A DNA stretch of 64,000 nucleotides from the human T2T-CHM13v2.0 reference genome, Homo sapiens. Below are positions 58,011-64,000 of the stretch, one piece after another. The position numbers were made by a program, and so were the translations under genes. The notes under the pieces were generated by a model, which made no database searches, was not told the DNA's origin, and saw only the letters and a program-made list of their open reading frames with translations. The stretch lies in the NCBI RefSeq assembly GCF_009914755.1, contig NC_060929.1. The stretch is one strand, 5' to 3'. Numbering within the stretch: position 1 is the stretch's first letter; every line of letters begins with the position of its first letter.

Positions 58011-60893
58011 TTAGACAGCAGGGTGCACAGCTGAAAAGATAACTTTTATAACATCTTTGCAGCTAGGGGTGGTCACAACAGAGTGCTTTCCTTTGGAATG
58101 AAACTTTTCTAGGAGCAAGTACTTTGCTTCCCTCCTTGGATTCTGGCTGGAATTCAAATGCAATGCCTGGTGACACAGCAGCCATGTTGTAACCATGAAG
58201 TGGCTAGCTGTGTAGTAAGGCTGACAGAGCAGGAAGCCAGAAAGGACCCAGAGTCCTGAGGCTTTGGTCCTTCTTTCTATGTTCATATATAACATTTGCA
58301 TGAAGAAGACACCCACATCTGTTTATGCCACTGATATTCAGGGCTCTCAGCTGAATACAGTTTTAACTGATATATACAGGAAACACATACTTCAAACAAA
58401 ATCTCATGTGAAACTCCATATGGGTTGAAGTTCTGGTTAAAGCAGTCTGGTAGGGAGGAAAAAGGGGACATAGCTTCATTGCTTGAATGTCTGTTCCACT
58501 CCTTCTCCCTTCTCCCGGATTTTGGGGGATGCCCTGTGGAGCCCCTCACTTTCCATGGAACACATCTTTAAGCCAGGAAACCACCAACTCTTCCCCACTC
58601 TTAGTTGCATTTTTCTCAACTCTTTAGGACAGGGGTTGAGGAGGGTGTCCTGCGGATTGCACAAATGCCTGCTGGACTGATCAGAGCCCTGGATCCTATA
58701 CCTGGAGTTGGGAGCTTCCCCCAGGGCCCTGCAGCTCCCACCCTGGTTGCTGTGCACCGCGGAATGGGCCCGTCAGGAAACAGGAAGGCAGCCTGCTCCA
58801 CTCAGGTCATTTGTCTGCCTCCTAATCCAGCTAAGGCACAGGCTGGAGACCTCAGTTAGGGAAGTCCCTTCCCTGCCCCCTTGGGAACACTGGCCCCACC
58901 TGGGTGCTGGTTTCACCACTTTGTTACCAAAGTCTGTCACAGACAGGCATTGGGTGAACTTACAGCTCAGCCTGCAGACGTAGCCCCAGGGCAGCATGGC
59001 TGGACTGAGCTGTGCACAGACGCCTGCTGCGTGCTGTGCCTCCCCTGCGGGTGGAAGTCTTGGCCCCTGGACCCGGCATTCGAGGCCTTCCGAGACATTC
59101 TGCCCTTGGAATGCTTGCCTCTCAATTGATCTGTCCTGAGTGGCTTGTTATTATTTTTTAATATTCAATCGGTCATGTATCAGTAGTTATGCAAAATGTG
59201 GCAAAAATGAATGACTGAAGAAAAATGAAATGGAAAAAGAAAAAATCTGAAAATACACAAAAGCGCACACTGTTTTGCCATTGGATTCAACAGACCTGAA
59301 ACTATCCTTGCAGGAGCCCCTCGGTGCCCACCTGTAGGCCACGCTCACCAGCTGCACCAGAGCTGTGCTTCCAGCACCCAAAAGCTCCCTCCCTGAGCTG
59401 CACCCAGGCCTGCTCCCCACTCTCCTCACCAGCTGCACCCGTATCTCCCACGGCCCACCCAGGGTACTATCGATCCTTTAGTCCTCTTCTGCCAGTGTAC
59501 CCCATGGCCCGGGACAACCCCTAGTATGCAATGGCTCTTTCTTGTGGGCAATGCATGGAGGCACACATCAGGGCCCTGCTTTTAAGAAGGAAGTACTGAG
59601 ACCTGGGTGCCGCCTCTTCTAGGAGCCATGGATGCCGGGGCTTACCCCCAGAGACTGTGAATTGAATGGTTAGGAGGGAGCCTGCACACACCGGAGAGCT
59701 CTGAGCACCAGGCGAGTCTCCCATGTGGCCAGGTTGGGAGCCATCGCTGTTCATGTGGCCAGGGCTGCCTTGCCAGAGGAACTCATCTTACTTTGCCACC
59801 ATGAAAATGTAACTGTTTATCATGTCATGACCTCCCTTGCTACAGTCGCTCTCGTCTTTTGTGTTCTATTTAATTTTTTAAAATGCTGGTGGCCCAGTCA
59901 CTAAATTTTTTTTTTTTTTTTACCACCACTCATGGGCAGGACCTGTTACGTGAGACATGCACCAAAGCACGGAGAGGGACAGCCACGATCCTGCCCGGAA
60001 CGGGTCTTCAGAACTGGGCAGAGCATGGCTCCTTTTGATGGGGGCCCCAGAACTCCTTTTCAAAGGCAATGGCAGGACGGGATCCACAGTGGGTGGCCCT
60101 TTGATAAGGAGGCATCCTCCAGCCAGAGTTGACACCACGTGGACAAGGTCTCAATGCTGCTTAACACTGTTTTGGGTGCAGAACAAAGAGCGGTTGGAAC
60201 ATTTCTCGTCTAGTCTCCCCCTCTGTACGTGTCCTGTGTTTCTAGCTTGTTCAAAGTGGTCAAAGACCCAAGGCTGGTCTGGCACAGAAGGGGTCGTGCC
60301 TACATGTAGGGAGGCGCTGACCCTTCTGTCTCCCCTTGTATGTCCCCAGGGACAGGACAGCCCCCTGCCTGTTGTCCCCAGTGTCCTCTGTGAATGGGGA
60401 CCAGCTGTCTTTCAGGTAACTCCCTCCTCCTCCACCTCTGTCCACTCGCTCCGGTAGCCACCCCTTCCACGTGCAGTACGGCTCTGCATCCCTGAGAGCC
60501 TCGATGACTCCTCTCCTCTGCCTCTTCTCTAGTGTTGGGTCCTATATCTGTCAGTTAATTACGTATTCATTATAAGAACATATTTCTCTTGGGTCAATAT
60601 TTAACTTTTCAAATTTATCTTCTTTACTCAATAAATTGTGACCATGGGTGTCTGTTCCTCGTGGGCTCAACACTGCCAGGCATGTAGAAATTGCTTGATG
60701 CAGTTTCACTGGCTTGTGGACAGGCAGTTATGCTTCTCTGTGCTTCTGTGATTCCATGCTAAAGAAAGTCAGTAGCAAGCAAATAGCAGAGCTTTAGTGG
60801 GTAAGGACAGTATTTTACCTTGAAAAAGGCAGCAGGAAAGAGAGTTAAGACTCAAGTTTCCTTTATTAAGGAAAATTGAAATCTAGGTACCTA

Positions 60894-61787
60894 CAGATGC
60901 TCTTTGACTTATATGATATGGTTAGGTCTCGATAAACCCACTGTAAGTCAAAAATGCTTTTAATACACCTAACCTACCGAATGTCTATGTTACATATGCG
61001 TAGAGCACTTATATTTGCGTCCAGTTGGGCAAAATCATCTAACACAAGCTGATTTTATTAATATTAAAATTGATGTAATATATGTACATATTTTAGTACA
61101 TGTGATAGTTTAATATGTTCATATAATTTGTATAGGTCAAATCAGAGTAATCAGGAGATCTATCACCTTAAATATTTCTTTATGCTAAAAACATTGGAAT
61201 TATTCTATCTATTTTGAAACATACAATAGATTGTTATAAACTTTAGTGTCCCTACTGATCTAGAACTACCATGTGATCCAGAAATCTCACTATTGGGCAT
61301 ATATCCAAAAGAAAAAATTATTGAAGAGACATCTGCACTCCATGTTTTTTGCAGCACTATTGACAAGAGCCAAGATGTGGAATCAATCTAAGTGCCCATC
61401 AGTGGATGAATGGATAAAGAAAATGTGGTGTAAATACACAGTGGAACACTCTTCAGCCATTTGAAACACAGATAGAACTGGAGGCCATTATGTTAAGTGA
61501 AACAAGCCAAACAGAAAGGTAAATACTGCATGTTCTCGGATGTGGGAGCTGAAGTGGATCTTCTGAAGATAGAGAATGGACTGGTGTTACCAGGGGCTGG
61601 GAAGGATTGGGAGTAGGGGGATGAAGAGAGGTTGATTAATGGGTACACAATCTCACATAATGTATTGTATGCTTTACTGAAATAAAAACAGAATGGTTGT
61701 ATGGGTACTCTAAGTATGGTTTCTCCTAAACACATACGGCTTCCACACCATCATAAAATTGAAAAATCATTAAGTCAAGCACTGTCT
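60894..61787. mobile_element. MER47A (Tigger) split into ~60894-61062 and ~61651-61787 by an L1
   Basis: Left half cagatgctc..gataaaccca..taatacacctaacctaccgaa..cagttgggcaaaatcatctaacacaa; right half aaaacagaatggttgtatgggtactc..caccatcataaa. Confidence 0.8.
61063..61650. mobile_element. L1MA-type 3' fragment with an internal inversion (minus ~61063-61260, plus 61261-61650)
   Basis: Plus part is the ORF2 C-terminus (KMWNQSKCPSVDEWIKKMW) plus the start of the 3'UTR; minus part is the extreme 3'UTR end. Confidence 0.8.
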
Positions 61788-61810
61788 AATATAACTTAAT
61801 ACAATGCTAA

Positions 61811-62162
<352 letters not shown>

Positions 62163-63921
62163 CCTCTTTGGTTTTTTAAAAGTGCCTGCTAGCTCATCAG
62201 CACAGGAGCAAGGCGACTTGGAGCCACAATGAGACAGATGATTGCCAGTGTTGTTTCATTTCAGTTCTTAAGTTCCTGCATGGGGTGCTTACTGATGAGT
62301 CTGTCTCTCCTCTCAGGTAAGCCAGGCCTCCATCCACTCCTGCACAGCAGGGAACGCTGCACGGTGGCCCAGGGTTCGTGGTGGGCACGCCGTACCCCTC
62401 ACCCCCTCCACGTGGAGTCTGGCTGAGGGCTCCCTCCCGCATGCCAGGCCTGGCATGTCGGTGCAGGCCCTTGCATTTCTGGCTGTGCTGCGCAGTCTCA
62501 CCCTTGAGAAGAAGGGGGCGCTGTTGCCTCAGCCTTGCAGAGTTTCTCTGTGGTCAAACCACCCTGCCAGCCTCCCTGCTGCAGCCGGCAGCACGTCACT
62601 CCATGCGGGAGGGGAGCCCCACCTAAGGTAGGCTGTGAATTAATATTTTTTAAAGCCCCAGGTATTCAGGTTTAAAAAAGGCCCAGGGACATGAGGCTGC
62701 AATTTTTTGCTCTATTGAAGAAAAGAAAAATCTGTAGAATTTTAACAGTGACAATGAGGTTGAAGCTACTACAGATGCTGCACCTTGGGGGTCTTGGGGT
62801 CCCTCCTGCTCCCCAGGGGAGTCCATCAGTTCCCACAGAGGGTCTGCTAGAATTGCTGAAATCAGACTCGCAGCCACCCAGCAAACCTGCACCAAGTTCT
62901 GGGGCCAATTCTGGTGTGGGCAGGGGATTGGTGGCCGCTTTGTCGTTAGGGTCCCCGATGTCGGACATGAGCTTGATGAGTGGAGGAGCCGGGCCCCATG
63001 AGGATGCTGGTCTGTTCTTCCCCAGAATCTGCCTATGGCTCAGCCTCAGAACCTCAGGAATGGAAACAGGAGCAGAGAGCTGTCTATGCGGGGAGGTCCT
63101 GGGTCCAGTTTCCATCTCACTCCCCGATGGGCTTGTGAACTGAGGCGGTGGCATTCTCTGCCTGGCCCTTTTGTCTGGTTGGAGAATGAGACCTACTGCC
63201 TGGAGCGGTGGGGCCTGGATGCAGGCCTTGGCGCAGGGCGCTTTGCAAACTGCCTGGTGCTTTGCAGATGCCTCTCACCGCAACCTTCCCCTCCAAGCCT
63301 GCAGCCTTTAGGACTTCCTGCTCCTCTGCTGCTCCCTCCCTCCCTCTCCCCTCGCTGGCACTCTCTGTCTGGCTGCCCAGGGCACTGACTCACTGGAGTG
63401 CCCCTGGCTCACCGCCAGCAGACATTTCCCTGTCACCGCCAAGGGCTGAGGAGGTGGCTGAGGCTCTGGCCCCGGAGCCTGGAGGCCAGGGCAGCTGCAG
63501 AGGAGCAGCTGGGTGCCATGCGGGCCTCTGGGAAATGTCCCAGACACCTGCCTTGGAAGCCCCAGGGGCAAAACAGCCACTGAACTCTACAGGAGCCCCA
63601 CCCTGAGGCCACTTCTCCCTCAGGGAACCAGTGCGCTGTGTGGGGTGGAGCGAGTGAGGTCGGGAAGCTGGGGCCATGTCCGGTGACAAGGAGGATCCCT
63701 CCCGGACATGGGCGAGGCTGGGAGTGGGCAGCCAACTAGCCAGCCATGGGTCCTGGGAGCTGGCTTATTTTGGTTGTTAGGTTTATGGCCATATTAAGAG
63801 AACAGCAGTTTTGGCAAATGCCCTACAAGTAGACACTCAAAACCTACATTGGTAGAGAATAAATATTTCTTATTTTATCAGTGCAAAAGAACACAAAACT
63901 GTCTTTTCTCTCTCTCCACTC

Positions 63922-64000
63922 TTTTTTTTTTTTTTTTTTTTTGAGACGAAGTCTTGCCCTGTCGCCCAGGCTGGATTGCAGTTTGCAATGGCACGATCTC
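63922..64000 (-). mobile_element. Alu 3' end, cut by the window edge
   Basis: Poly-T then gagacgaagtcttgccctgtcgcccaggctgga. Confidence 0.9.

Noticed and set aside
61273-61464. ORF resembling L1 ORF2 C-terminus
   Set aside because: A decayed, truncated L1 remnant, not a gene. Alu-derived ORFs (e.g. 21773-21988, 50754-51053, 61845-62090) were rejected for the same reason.
62672-63735. Overlapping 100-160 aa ORFs on both strands near the right end
   Set aside because: GC-rich intergenic sequence with no domain similarity or coherent exon structure. A lncRNA cannot be excluded from sequence alone.

Overview
Primate, almost certainly human, genomic DNA (Alu, L1, MLT1, MER and MIR repeats). It contains one complete protein-coding gene on the + strand: TENT4A (PAPD7/POLS/TRF4-1), a non-canonical poly(A)/mixed-tailing nucleotidyltransferase. 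I assembled 13 GT-AG coding exons by hand, from ATG 10643 to TAA 51588-51590. They total 2379 nt (792 aa), and every junction is in phase. The gene has a CpG-island promoter (~8900-11450), a 22.8-kb first intron and a ~2.1-kb 3'UTR ending at AATAAA 53672. About 10 kb of repeat-rich flank lies on each side. I found no new multi-gene system, CRISPR array or RNA gene. The best leads are regulatory hypotheses about this gene. (1) A proline-rich uORF and G-quadruplex lie before weak-context start codons. (2) A tandem duplication creates a candidate poison micro-exon. (3) An antisense Alu could give an NMD-escaping alternative C-terminus. (4) A TAATG stop/start overlap is in the same frame that slippage of a coding (AC)7 would enter. 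(5) A Pumilio element sits next to a miR-25/92 site. (6) An inverted Alu pair lies just past the poly(A) site. Repeat family names and boundaries come from visual recall of consensus sequences and are approximate.
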